A DNA stretch of 32,000 nt from Trichodesmium erythraeum IMS101 (GCF_000014265.1 NC_008312.1:5670001-5702000); one strand, 5' to 3'; positions 8,844 through 18,737 are shown, counted from the first letter of the stretch. Notes: generated by a model from the sequence alone, not told the origin. Translations and numbers: made by a program.

Positions 8844-10253
8844 TTAAGATTTAATCATTCCTTCAAGGGCATTTTGCAAATCTTGAGTTAGATCTGATAT
8901 TGCTCTACGACGTTGAGTTTGGTAAGCTGGCCATCGTTGAGAAACAGAAATCGGCTTTCCCACCGTCATTTCCACCCTTTGTTTTCCTAATCTGGGACGT
9001 TTTAAAGTATCACGACCTTTAATCCGATTAATCATATCCCATATTAACAAAATTGTATCAGCAAATCTATCTACTGTAGGCTTTTCCTTAATATACTCAC
9101 CACTAATAGCCACACAACTTTCTACCAATCTCAGGTGCCACATATGGAGACTAGCTTCTTGTGCTAATCTGTCTGCCAAACCTCTATCTACAGCACAAAG
9201 AGTTCCCAGACTTTCAATATCTTCTCTATAAATACAATTCCATATTGCTTGTTCAAGGCGACGACAACGATCTATCAAATTACCCTTAGAATGAATATTA
9301 AAATATTCTTCTGCAACTTCTAGAGCAACATTGAGAAGAGTATTGAGGCGAGTCTTTATCATTTCATTCATCTGATCATCTGCTAGAGGTTCTTGGGAAA
9401 AACTTTCTTGAGTTAATTGAGGTAACTCTCGGTGATATGATCGTTTATAAAAATCTTCCATTTTTCCCAGTAAATGACCAGCTAACCTCAAAAGTCTTTG
9501 ATAAAGTTTAGAAGGAGCTAATTTTTCTTGGTCAGAAAGATTTTCCATCCCTGGAGACAACCCACTATCTTTTTCTAATGTAGTTAAAAGTTTTTCCAAA
9601 TTTTCCCAAGGTTCATCCAAATATTTGTATTGAATACCCACTGGGAGAATAAATACCTCTTCAGAACGACCTCCCTTAGATATGTCTTCAACGCACCAAA
9701 ATCCCATTTGGGCAATACCAGGTTCTAAAGAACTAACTATTTCATTATGACCATTGGTAGCCCCTTCTGGAGCAGCCATAATTGGTAAACGACCATTGGC
9801 AAATAATTCACGGGCTGATTTTAGTCCTTGACGATCTAGTTTCCCCCGGTGAATTGAACTTCCCCCCAAATACGAATACCATTTACCTACAAAATAACCT
9901 GCCCATAAAGGAATACCTCGGTCAAAAATAAAGTGATAGTGGAGAAGAGATGGAAGGATAATTCCTCTTTGTTTAGCTTCTTTGGGCAATAGATACCAAA
10001 TCATATATCCTATGCACAACTGGTCCTCAGTACTAGGATGACGAAATGCCATAAGGAAACGAGTTTTCCCTTGGTGAAAGCTTTGATATAGTTGAGCTAA
10101 AGTTTTTAGGTTGTCTACTTGTATATCAACAATAGATGTTTGGAACTTCAGCCACCAAGGTAAGATGAATTTAGTAACTTTTTGTACTAGAGGTTTGAAG
10201 TTAGGTGGGATCAACTCTAAAGGGGGTTGAGCTTGGATAATTGGGTGAGGCAT
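8844..10253 (-). CDS. acyltransferase family protein (PlsC/GPAT-type HX4D)
   Basis: 469 aa. Motifs: block I HPSTED (HX4D), block II-like IFDRG, and block III-like AAPEGATNGH. A long helical C-terminal extension has no motif I recognise. Confidence 0.7.
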   Translation of the reverse strand: MPHPIIQAQPPLELIPPNFKPLVQKVTKFILPWWLKFQTSIVDIQVDNLKTLAQLYQSFHQGKTRFLMAFRHPSTEDQLCIGYMIWYLLPKEAKQRGIILPSLLHYHFIFDRGIPLWAGYFVGKWYSYLGGSSIHRGKLDRQGLKSARELFANGRLPIMAAPEGATNGHNEIVSSLEPGIAQMGFWCVEDISKGGRSEEVFILPVGIQYKYLDEPWENLEKLLTTLEKDSGLSPGMENLSDQEKLAPSKLYQRLLRLAGHLLGKMEDFYKRSYHRELPQLTQESFSQEPLADDQMNEMIKTRLNTLLNVALEVAEEYFNIHSKGNLIDRCRRLEQAIWNCIYREDIESLGTLCAVDRGLADRLAQEASLHMWHLRLVESCVAISGEYIKEKPTVDRFADTILLIWDMINRIKGRDTLKRPRLGKQRVEMTVGKPISVSQRWPAYQTQRRRAISDLTQDLQNALEGMIKS

Positions 10254-10568
10254 TACGATTTTTGATTTTGGATTTGGTTATTTTCAAATATTTAATACCA
10301 ATATAAATTATGTGATGTCTAAGAGTCGAGTGTCAAATTGCTAAATTATTTAAATTTTTATTTCAGAACCTGAATTTTCTAGCTTTTTGCTCATAGAATC
10401 AAGAGATATTAGTCCTCACTGCCAGCTTCTTATGAGCAGGAATTGCGATTACCATAAATACTAGTCATAGCTAAATTCACCCCGGACTCATCAACAATTA
10501 CTAGATTATGTATATCTATGAAATCTAACTATTCTTGATACTTGTAGTCTTTTTTATTAAATTTTTAT

Positions 10569-11183
10569 CACTCCTGTTCCAAAGCAAAAATACTTTTTTT
10601 TTACACTTATATTGAGTGATTTCAAAGTTAGATATATTGTTTATAAACTAACTTTTACTCCTGTTTTACTTTTAAAAAACTGGCAGAGCTCACAAAGCAA
10701 AATATCTGGTTTTTGTTGAATTTTATGTTCTTGTTAAAAATCAAAATTATCCTCAAATTTAGTTTTTAGCCTAACTCCTGTTCCAAAGCAAAAATACTTT
10801 TTTTACACTTATATTGAGTGATTTCAAAGTTAGATATATTGTTTATAAACTAACTTTTACTCCTGTTTTACTTTTAAAAAACTGGCAGAACTCACAAAGC
10901 AAAATATCTGGTTTTTGTTGAATTTTATGTTCTTGTTAAAAATCAAAATTATCCTCAAATTTAGTTTTTAGCCTAACTCCTGTTCCAAAGCAAAAATACT
11001 TTTTTTACACTTATATTGAGTGATTTCAAAGTTAGATATATTGTTTATAAACTAACTTTTACTCCTGTTTTACTTTTAAAAAACTGGCAGAACTCACAAA
11101 GCAAAATATCTGGTTTTTGTTGAATTTTATGTTCTTGTTAAAAATCAAAATTATCCTCAATTTTAGTCTTTAGCCTGACTCCA
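10569..11183. repeat. three tandem copies of a ~202-204 bp unit, noncoding
   Basis: The anchor CTCCTGTTCCAAAGCAAAAATAC recurs at 10571, 10775 and 10977. Copies 2 and 3 are virtually identical. The last unit diverges at its end (ttttagtctttagcctgactcc). Confidence 0.95.
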
Positions 11184-11559
11184 TGTTATTTTAAATTGAC
11201 AGTTCCTGTCCTGTGTTTTGATAATGCTAATGAAATTAGGGAAAAAGTCAAACTTACTTGAAATTTTTGGTAATACATCAAAAAAGTATTAGGAAAGTGA
11301 TCAAGTTATATCAAGGACCGGAAGCGAGCACTAAACCAGAGCTTTATACTGCTGTGCTACCCTTGCAGCTAAAATCTAAATCAAATTGAAATAGTTAACC
11401 ACCAACCTAACTGTGATTTCAGTTTGCTCCCAAACCTTGACAAGTTTATTCTCAAGTTTATTCTCAAGTTTATTCTGTCGTTGATGCCTGAGACCATTCT
11501 TTTGTCTGACTATACCATTAGTTCACTCTAATTGTGGAGTTCGCTATGTCACCAAGATA

Positions 11560-11960
11560 ACTCAAACGCATCAATTTATTATAAGGGATATCTACAGTTT
11601 GTTTGAGGTAAGACACATCCGTATTGACTATCAACTACTACTATAGCTCTATGTTATAAGCAGGAAAAAGCTTGGGTTAACTGTTCACTTAACTTACTCA
11701 TAGCAGTATCACAACCATTAATTCTTTCATGTATTAAAGGTAATGCCCAACTGCCCTTTGCTTCTGAAATTTAGGCTAATGTGCTATACCCAAAACCTAC
11801 CCCTATTGGTTGATTGACTTTGATTTTACCAGGTTGATATTCATCGGTTCTTTCTTGCAGTACCACTGTATCTTGTCTGAGGCAAGCACTATGGTCTCCT
11901 AACAATAATAGTCTTTGATTTGAGGTGATACAATTAATATAAATTTCCATCAACTTGTAT
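11560..11960 (-). pseudogene. DDE transposase remnant (IS4/IS701-like), several stops and frameshifts
   Basis: Minus-strand reading gives ..QRLLLLGDHSACLRQDTVVLQERTDEYQPG..PIGVGFGYSTLA*..GSWALPLIHERI..SKLSEQLTQ..IVVVDSQYG. This is the D...WxLPL..RI...DSxYG arrangement of DDE_Tnp_1-type transposases. The boundaries are approximate. Confidence 0.4.
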
Positions 11961-13137
11961 TTTGACGGATAACAGTCTTTTATAGCTTCCTAAACACTAT
12001 GTTATTGTCACTGAAACACAGACGCCAAAGATAATTATGCTAGATAAATGGGATTTGAAGTTAAGATGCCTGCATCAGTAAGCTCAAAAACAGCATTCTT
12101 TGCATTTGCGAATAAATGATTAACTTGGTATCATCATTATTTTAACTTGTAACCAGGGATTTTGGCAAGATAATTTTTATTTCATGGTTGATTTTTTACC
12201 TTTTATTGACTTACCAAAGAACTAGATACTTACAAGCAAGACCAATCATACTAAATAGTATAATCATTAGTCATAAAAATGCTGGGATCTTCAATTGATA
12301 TCAAATCTTGTTTCTCAAATTTATTGATTGTTTAATTTTCTTAAATCCTCTCTTTGATTGCATCTTCAACTATTTAGTCTAAGCTCCAGCACCAGAATTT
12401 GAACCTAAAATATTTACTTGAAAAGATTGCGACTCTGTCTATTGGGCTAGGTCAGCACAAAACTTTTTGTTCTCTCTCTAATTTGAACTGAGGAGATGAT
12501 CACAAAAAAAAATAGCTATGATAAAAGACTTTTCCTGATTATTAAGTCTAGACTTGATCAACAATATTAGAATATTAGCGATCGCCTTAATTATATGGTA
12601 ACAAATACTAACTCGATTAACATGAAAATTTATCTTTGATGACAAACCTACTATTTTGAAAGTAAGTTCTGACTAATATTTGTTCTCTTAGTAGATAGAT
12701 AACTAAATCTTTATCAGGAGTTTAATTTTCCTTGTTTCTCCAACACAATCTACTTTTTCCCCAAGTCTACTTTGTCTTACCCCAGTTCTTCAGGTCAAAC
12801 CCATCTTCTTTTAGAACTTATCATTCCCTTTGGATCTAAGAGCTCCAAGTATTTATACTCATTACTCCTTAAAAATGCCACAAGTTTCTAGAATGATTGA
12901 TACATTCGCTCTGCCCTATTATCCCAATTATGCCCTTGTAAGCACTCCCCTATTCCCTAAACACGAAAATCATACATGCACTTTAGCGAGGCTAATCTTA
13001 AATATTTAGTTAACAGTACTTCACAAGATAGGTTACTATGGTTAAGGAAAGCTTAAAGTATTTTTAAGCTACACCTAGAGCTAATAATTTACTACCACCG
13101 AAAAATAACAATCCTGATTAGGAGTTAAATTTTAACA

Positions 13138-14619
13138 ATGACTGATAACTGCTCTTCAAATACAGAAGAATTTTTCGTACATTACCAAAAAATAGATAAG
13201 CCAGAAGAAGCTTGTGGTGTTTTTGGGATTTATGCCCCAGAAGAAGATGTAACTAAACTTACCTACTTTGGTTTGTATGCTCTACAACATCGAGGTCAAG
13301 AGTCAGCAGGTATTGCTACTTTTCAAGGTGATAAAATATATATACATAAAGGAATGGGGTTAGTATCTCAGGTCTTTAATGAGTCAATCTTAGAACAATT
13401 GCCTGGTGATATAGGAATTGGTCATACTCGTTATTCTACTACTGGCTCTAGTCGTATTATTAATGCTCAACCTACTGTTGTTGAAACTCGTTTAGGGCAA
13501 TTAGCCTTGGCCCATAATGGTAATCTTGTTAATACAGCAGAATTAAGGGAAATGTTAATTGAATGTGGGTGTAGTTTTAACAGCACTACAGATTCAGAAA
13601 TGATTGCATTAGCGATCGCCACACATGTGAAAGTTGGTAAGAGTTGGCTAGAAGCTGCTATTAGTGCTTTTCATCTATGTCAAGGAGCCTTTAGTTTAAC
13701 TATTGCCACTCAAGAAGGTCTAATGGGAGTGCGTGATCCCCATGGAATAAGACCTCTGGTGATTGGTACTTTAGAAAATACTAACTCAAAAAGATATGTT
13801 CTTGCTTCAGAAACTTGTGCATTAGATATTATTGGAGCAGAATATCTTCGAGATGTTGAACCAGGAGAATTAGTTTGGATAACAGAAAAAGGCATAGCTT
13901 CTTTCCACTGGAGTCAAAAAACTCAGAAGAAACTATGTATCTTTGAAATGATTTATTTTGCTCGCCCCGATAGTATGATGGAAGGGGGTAGTTTATATAG
14001 CTACAGACTCAGAATTGGACGTCAGTTAGCAAGAGAATCTTTTATAAGCGCAGATATGGTAATAGGCGTTCCTGACTCTGGTATTCCAGCAGCAATCGGT
14101 TTTTCCCAAGAATCAGGTATTCTCTATGCAGAAGGATTAATTAAAAATCGCTACGTTGGCCGTACCTTTATTCAACCAACTCCGCACATGAGGGAATCAG
14201 GTATCCGCATGAAACTTAACCCCCTCAAAGATGTTTTAGAAGGCAAGCGAGTAATTATAGTTGATGATTCCATTGTACGTGGTAATACTAGCAAGAAAAT
14301 TGTTAAGGCTTTAAGAGATAATGGTGCCACAGAAGTCCACATGAGAATTTCTTCCCCACCAGTCACGCACCCCTGTTTTTATGGAATTGACACAGATAAC
14401 CAGGAACAGTTAATAGGGGCAACAAAATCAGTCGCAGAAATTGCTGAACAAATAGGTGTTGACTCTCTAGCATATTTGAGTTGGGAAGGGATGTTGAAAT
14501 CAACACAAGAGGACCCCAACAGTTTTTGTTCTGCCTGTTTTACTGGCAACTATCCTATTCCTTTACCAGAAAAACTGAAGCGTTCTAAATTAATATTGGA
14601 AAATCAAGTTAAAGTTTAA
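13138..14619 (+). CDS. purF: amidophosphoribosyltransferase
   Basis: 493 aa. Motifs: propeptide then CGVFGIY (catalytic Cys), LQHRGQESAGIA, PRPP loop IIVDDSIVRGNTS, and Fe-S ligand contexts HPCFYGID and CSACFTGNYP. Confidence 0.96.
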   Translation: MTDNCSSNTEEFFVHYQKIDKPEEACGVFGIYAPEEDVTKLTYFGLYALQHRGQESAGIATFQGDKIYIHKGMGLVSQVFNESILEQLPGDIGIGHTRYSTTGSSRIINAQPTVVETRLGQLALAHNGNLVNTAELREMLIECGCSFNSTTDSEMIALAIATHVKVGKSWLEAAISAFHLCQGAFSLTIATQEGLMGVRDPHGIRPLVIGTLENTNSKRYVLASETCALDIIGAEYLRDVEPGELVWITEKGIASFHWSQKTQKKLCIFEMIYFARPDSMMEGGSLYSYRLRIGRQLARESFISADMVIGVPDSGIPAAIGFSQESGILYAEGLIKNRYVGRTFIQPTPHMRESGIRMKLNPLKDVLEGKRVIIVDDSIVRGNTSKKIVKALRDNGATEVHMRISSPPVTHPCFYGIDTDNQEQLIGATKSVAEIAEQIGVDSLAYLSWEGMLKSTQEDPNSFCSACFTGNYPIPLPEKLKRSKLILENQVKV

Positions 14620-14950
14620 ATAGTATCAGAGCTAATTATTTAATTTAGCTAAAATAAAGTTTTTATTTAACTTGGCTTTCATAAATATTAAACAACGGAT
14701 GCCATAAGTTGCTCAACCTAAGTTGATGGAATTTTTAATTAAATAATTAAATATAGAATACAAAAGAATACAAAAAAATTAGCTGGAAAGCACTTATGTA
14801 TTGATGATTCATAGATAATTATTGTAGTAATCAAGTAAAAAATGCTATAAAAAGCAATTTATTTTTTTCAATATATACTCTATCAATAAGCTCTTATCTT
14901 TGGTTGATTAATGATAATAAAGAATAAGCTTTTAAGCATTAATATTACCT

Positions 14951-15112
14951 ACAGCAGATCAGGAGCAAATTATGTACAGAGTTATGAGTAAAAATTATGT
15001 AGTGCGGGCATCTTACCCGCCGCCTAGCTGTAGCATTAAACAACGGAAAGGGCTCTATAACAAAAAAAAGGAAAGACAAGAAAATACTAAAATATACTGG
15101 CTAAAAGTTGTA
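14951..15112. repeat. dispersed repeat, copy A (partner at 29010-29133)
   Basis: Shared string ACAGCAGA...AAAATTATGTAGTGCGGGCATCTTACCCGC..CTAGCTGTA..AACAAC.GAAA...AAATATACTGG..AAAAGTTGTA, about 70 percent identical to copy B by eye. It contains the hairpin GCGGG-catctta-CCCGC. Confidence 0.6.
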
Positions 15113-15987
15113 AGTAGTTGTGCAAAATTAATTACACATTTATATAAGCTAATTTTTTGGCTTTCTTGTGAGCTCAAATAATTATTGCTTACTGAAAAAA
15201 ACTGTAATAATTTACAGATAAAGACTTGGGATTTTTTTGTGTGAAAAAGTTACAATCTTTTTACTCTAGTGAGCTGAAGCTTTAGAATTGTGAGCTTATT
15301 CGGGCAGAAAAATTGGGGGAAAATATTTCTTTTAAACGGAGGATAAATGAAGAAAAAATTATTCTTAAATGGAATCCTCAAATAACAAAAACAATTCTGT
15401 TAACATCATTTAAATACATAACAGCTTATATTGATAATTAAATACTAATAATCAATTTTTTTTTCCAAAAATAACCACACTGATTTTTCATATTATAGTG
15501 TGGTTTTGGAAATCAAAAGTCATACTAATACTTAATCCTTCTTTTTCATATTATCAATTCTTTCTTTATATTTATCCTCACCTTCTGTTTTAAACAAATC
15601 ATCCTTTAACCAATCCAATAACTCGTATTCATCATCATCCCACTTACCATAATCGATACCAAAAGTTTTATAGAAATAGCCTAAGTCTTTCGTGTCAAGA
15701 CTATAATAAATATATGTTTTCTGTAGCTTTTTTGACTTGTTTTATCAACTCTTGAAGTTTTTATTTATCTTTTTTTATTAACTCTTCTTTATCTTCTTTG
15801 GTTAACTCTTGAAGTTTTTCTTTATCTTCTTTATTACTCATATTTTATCTCCATTTTCCTCTAACTTAGAAACTTTAAACTTAAAGTATTTACTTACATT
15901 AAAAATAAAATACTTCATACAATCTTTGATAATTCTAATTTTTTAATAAAGTCTTAACATTTATACTTATGAAAAAACTAACAACTA

Positions 15988-16614
15988 TTACTCCGGAAAA
16001 TCCCTGTCCGTAATGCTTGTTTGTCCCAAATATTTGTTGAGATAAGGCGAAAACACCTCATAAATTAATGTCAGTGGTTGGCCATGATGCCAAAATAGAT
16101 AATGTCGTCCCCAAAAAGGCCCTGACTCACCAAAAGCAAACTCTAATTCTCTAGAATGCCCATAATAAATTCCCTGGACATCTCGATACAATTCTGTACG
16201 CAAACGAGCTAAACTTGCCCAAATTGGTAAAGACCGATTTTGCAAATACTCATCTACATGACTCGCTTCCCACCAAGATGAAGCATAAGCCAATCTTTGT
16301 CCAGAAGCTGTTCTTAGCCATACTTGTCGCCGTAATCTTGGGCCAGGTACAGTATGAATTAAATCAGGAGCATTATCCAGGTTCATCCCAATTGAGGACA
16401 TATCAATTACATCAACTTCTGTTGGTTCAGTTGTTAATAGCTGCAAGTGACGAGTTGGGGAGCCATCTCCCAGAAGTAATATTTGCCATGGGGGTGAAAG
16501 TAGCGAATGAGGTAAACCTTGGCGAACAACTTCTTCTCCTCCTTGCCATAAGGGAGTTAAGGAATACCATCCTCTCGGCTGTATTGTCTGGTTCTTAGGT
16601 GAAATAGTACTCAT
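15988..16614 (-). CDS. chorismate lyase-like (UbiC/DUF98 family) protein
   Basis: 208 aa. WQILLLGDGSPTRHLQLL matches the LL.sDGS.T..L signature of chorismate-pyruvate-lyase-fold proteins. The size is typical of the cyanobacterial plastoquinone-pathway enzyme. Confidence 0.65.
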   Translation of the reverse strand: MSTISPKNQTIQPRGWYSLTPLWQGGEEVVRQGLPHSLLSPPWQILLLGDGSPTRHLQLLTTEPTEVDVIDMSSIGMNLDNAPDLIHTVPGPRLRRQVWLRTASGQRLAYASSWWEASHVDEYLQNRSLPIWASLARLRTELYRDVQGIYYGHSRELEFAFGESGPFWGRHYLFWHHGQPLTLIYEVFSPYLNKYLGQTSITDRDFPE

Positions 16615-16619
16615 TTGAA

Positions 16620-16661
16620 TTATTAGTTATTAGTTATCAGTTATCAGTTATCAGTTATTAG
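16620..16661. repeat. heptanucleotide tandem array (TTATYAG) x6, STRR-like
   Basis: ttattag ttattag ttatcag ttatcag ttatcag ttattag. The array starts 6 nt from the start codon (16612-16614, minus strand) of the chorismate-lyase-like gene. Confidence 0.95.
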
Positions 16662-17117
16662 TGCCTCTGGCTAAAGTCTATAAATGAAATACTAAAGTTT
16701 ATTCTTTTTATCTCTTATCTAGTGGAGCAGGGGATATAATTTTTTGGTCAATGTTCTTTTTTGCAAAATTTAATTTTTTAGTATAATTATAGCGTCTTTA
16801 CTTAATGATTTATACTAGCATCACTAAAAAAAGTAAGTCTGAAGTCTCACCCATAAGCGGGGGGATTTTTATGCATTAAAATAGTAATAATTATGCTATT
16901 ATGTTATTAGTTTATATAAAAATCATGAAGGATATATTTAAGTATTTTTATTTAAAATAATACAACTAATTTAGGATTACTGTAGAGTGTTAATAATCAG
17001 ATTATTTATTATTTGGGAAAAAAAATTACAGTATTTATTCAATAGTTATATTATTTTTTTTCAAATTACCATGATAAAAAAAATACAATATAAATTAATT
17101 TTAGGCAATCAAAAAAA

Positions 17118-18737
17118 ATGAACAAAAAACAGGAATCATTCTTCTGGAAATCAATAAATAGCCAAGCATCAAAATTCAGAAAAAATCTCGGAAAAAAAGC
17201 AATAAATGTTAGGGATTCAATCAGGGATAATTATTGGGAAGCTTCTCAAAATAAAGCTTCAGAAATGGAAGAATTTATCAGCAATAAAGCATCAGATGTT
17301 AGCAAATATTTTAGAGAAACTGCTAAAGAATCTACTTTAGGGAAAAAGCAAATTAATTCAGAAGTCTCGGAAGAAACAGAAAATAATTTAGAACAAGAAG
17401 AAATATATCATATATTTGTTGCTTATCATATTGCTAGTCAGGGAGGTACTCAGAAAGTTACTCTTAAATCTGGTAAAAGCTATAATGTGAGAATTCGTTC
17501 TAATAGTACGGAAGGTTCTACTTTAAGATTACAAAAATGCGGTTTACAAGGTAATGATGCTTTCCTGGTTTTACATACTTTTTATAATCCCGAATTAAAC
17601 CTAGACCGCCGGATGAATAGTTTAGTAATTCGTGCATCAATTTATGAAAGAAGTAAAACTAGATGTTTAGAAGCTTACAGCAGAATTAATTCTGGTTTAC
17701 ATACCTATGATTTGCCAGCACTAAATCTATTGGATTTTATTGTAGAATTATCAAATATAGATTCACTTATTGGTTTACGCTACAGAATTGCTAGTGAAAA
17801 TTCTCGGTGGGTTGCCATTGATAAAGGTTTAGAACAAGTTTTATCTTATGGTAATTTAATGGAAGTTCAAAAGCAAAATTTAAAAGGTATTTATCTATAT
17901 ATTAAATCTGGAGAACCTCTACCTGATTTTGCTAATTTTAGACAATTAAATGCAATTATTTTAAATTCAGCGATCGCTTCGGAGTTAAAAAATAAATATT
18001 TATTAGCAAGTGCAACTTCTATGGCGATGAAAATAGATATATTAATTATCAATCTGATTTATAGTAATACGGAAATAGATCAGAGTAAATATCGTAAATA
18101 TTTATCTATTTATCAACAACTTAGGGAAGAAGGAAAAGTAATAGATAATAAAATGATACAAAATTTAGATGGTGTAATTTTTAAATCAGAAATTCCTCGA
18201 ATTTGTAAAATCGTATATCAGCTTTTAAGAGATAGATATTTTGAATCAAATTTGGAAAGAAATATCAATAATTTTAATGCAGCTTTTATGAAATTTAAGA
18301 AGGCAGAAAAGTTTGTTAAACAAGCAACAAATTCAGAAAAAACTACAAATAGCTTTGGTAATATTATTATTCAAACAGGTATGTTAATTCAGGAAGTTGA
18401 TGATGCTGTAGTTAGTGGTGGTGTTGGAATATTAGCAGGAGTAAAAGTATTGAAAGGTGGAGAAGCTTTAATTGGTGCAGTAGGTTTAGTGGCGATCGCC
18501 TCGACTTTAGAAATGAGTATACAAGAGAAAATTAAATTAGGAATTACTGAGGAAGGTAATTTTTCTGGGGAAGTTGCTTATAGTGAAATGATGAATATTA
18601 TTAATCAAGTTAGTTGGGTTATTGCTGATGGAGAAGAAAGCAAATTAGAGCAGGAAATTGATATTTTTAAGATATTTAAGGGAAATAAAAATAGAAAGCA
18701 AATTTTGAAGGACTTGGAAACTAAGTTGTATAGTTAG
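17118..18737 (+). CDS. hypothetical protein (orphan), K/S/E-rich N-terminus, C-terminal glycine-zipper hydrophobic segment
   Basis: 539-aa uninterrupted ORF in a very AT-rich region, containing two HIP1 octamers. Residues about 95-160 (GGTQKVTLKSGKSYNVRIRSNSTEGSTLRLQKCGLQGNDAFLVLH) weakly resemble a DnaJ C-terminal beta-repeat. The segment VVSGGVGILAGVKVLKGGEALIGAVGLVAIAS (nt ~18408-18515) is a GxxxG/glycine-zipper-like stretch. I recognise no catalytic motif. Confidence 0.6.
   Translation: MNKKQESFFWKSINSQASKFRKNLGKKAINVRDSIRDNYWEASQNKASEMEEFISNKASDVSKYFRETAKESTLGKKQINSEVSEETENNLEQEEIYHIFVAYHIASQGGTQKVTLKSGKSYNVRIRSNSTEGSTLRLQKCGLQGNDAFLVLHTFYNPELNLDRRMNSLVIRASIYERSKTRCLEAYSRINSGLHTYDLPALNLLDFIVELSNIDSLIGLRYRIASENSRWVAIDKGLEQVLSYGNLMEVQKQNLKGIYLYIKSGEPLPDFANFRQLNAIILNSAIASELKNKYLLASATSMAMKIDILIINLIYSNTEIDQSKYRKYLSIYQQLREEGKVIDNKMIQNLDGVIFKSEIPRICKIVYQLLRDRYFESNLERNINNFNAAFMKFKKAEKFVKQATNSEKTTNSFGNIIIQTGMLIQEVDDAVVSGGVGILAGVKVLKGGEALIGAVGLVAIASTLEMSIQEKIKLGITEEGNFSGEVAYSEMMNIINQVSWVIADGEESKLEQEIDIFKIFKGNKNRKQILKDLETKLYS

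Noticed and set aside
10569-11183. CRISPR array
   Set aside because: The units are contiguous ~202-bp copies with no short repeat / unique spacer alternation, and there are no cas genes in the window.
11771-11953. 60-aa ORF as a real gene
   Set aside because: It is better explained as one open piece of a degraded DDE transposase, since the flanking frames continue the family pattern after stops.
12383-12460. Possible tRNA gene on the minus strand (GGTTCAAATTCTGG T-arm-like, TAGCCCAATAGACAGAG D-arm-like)
   Set aside because: The acceptor stem cannot be paired and the anticodon stem does not form. At best it is a tRNA-derived fragment, not a functional gene.
13710-14366. Minus-strand ORFs 13710-13895 and 14172-14366
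   Set aside because: They are antisense to purF and have no motifs.
14972-15181. 69-aa ORF
   Set aside because: It sits on a dispersed noncoding repeat whose second copy (29010-29133) does not keep the frame open, and its composition is unlike a protein.
16215-16598. 127-aa plus-strand ORF
   Set aside because: It is antisense to the chorismate-lyase-like gene, which carries the family signature.
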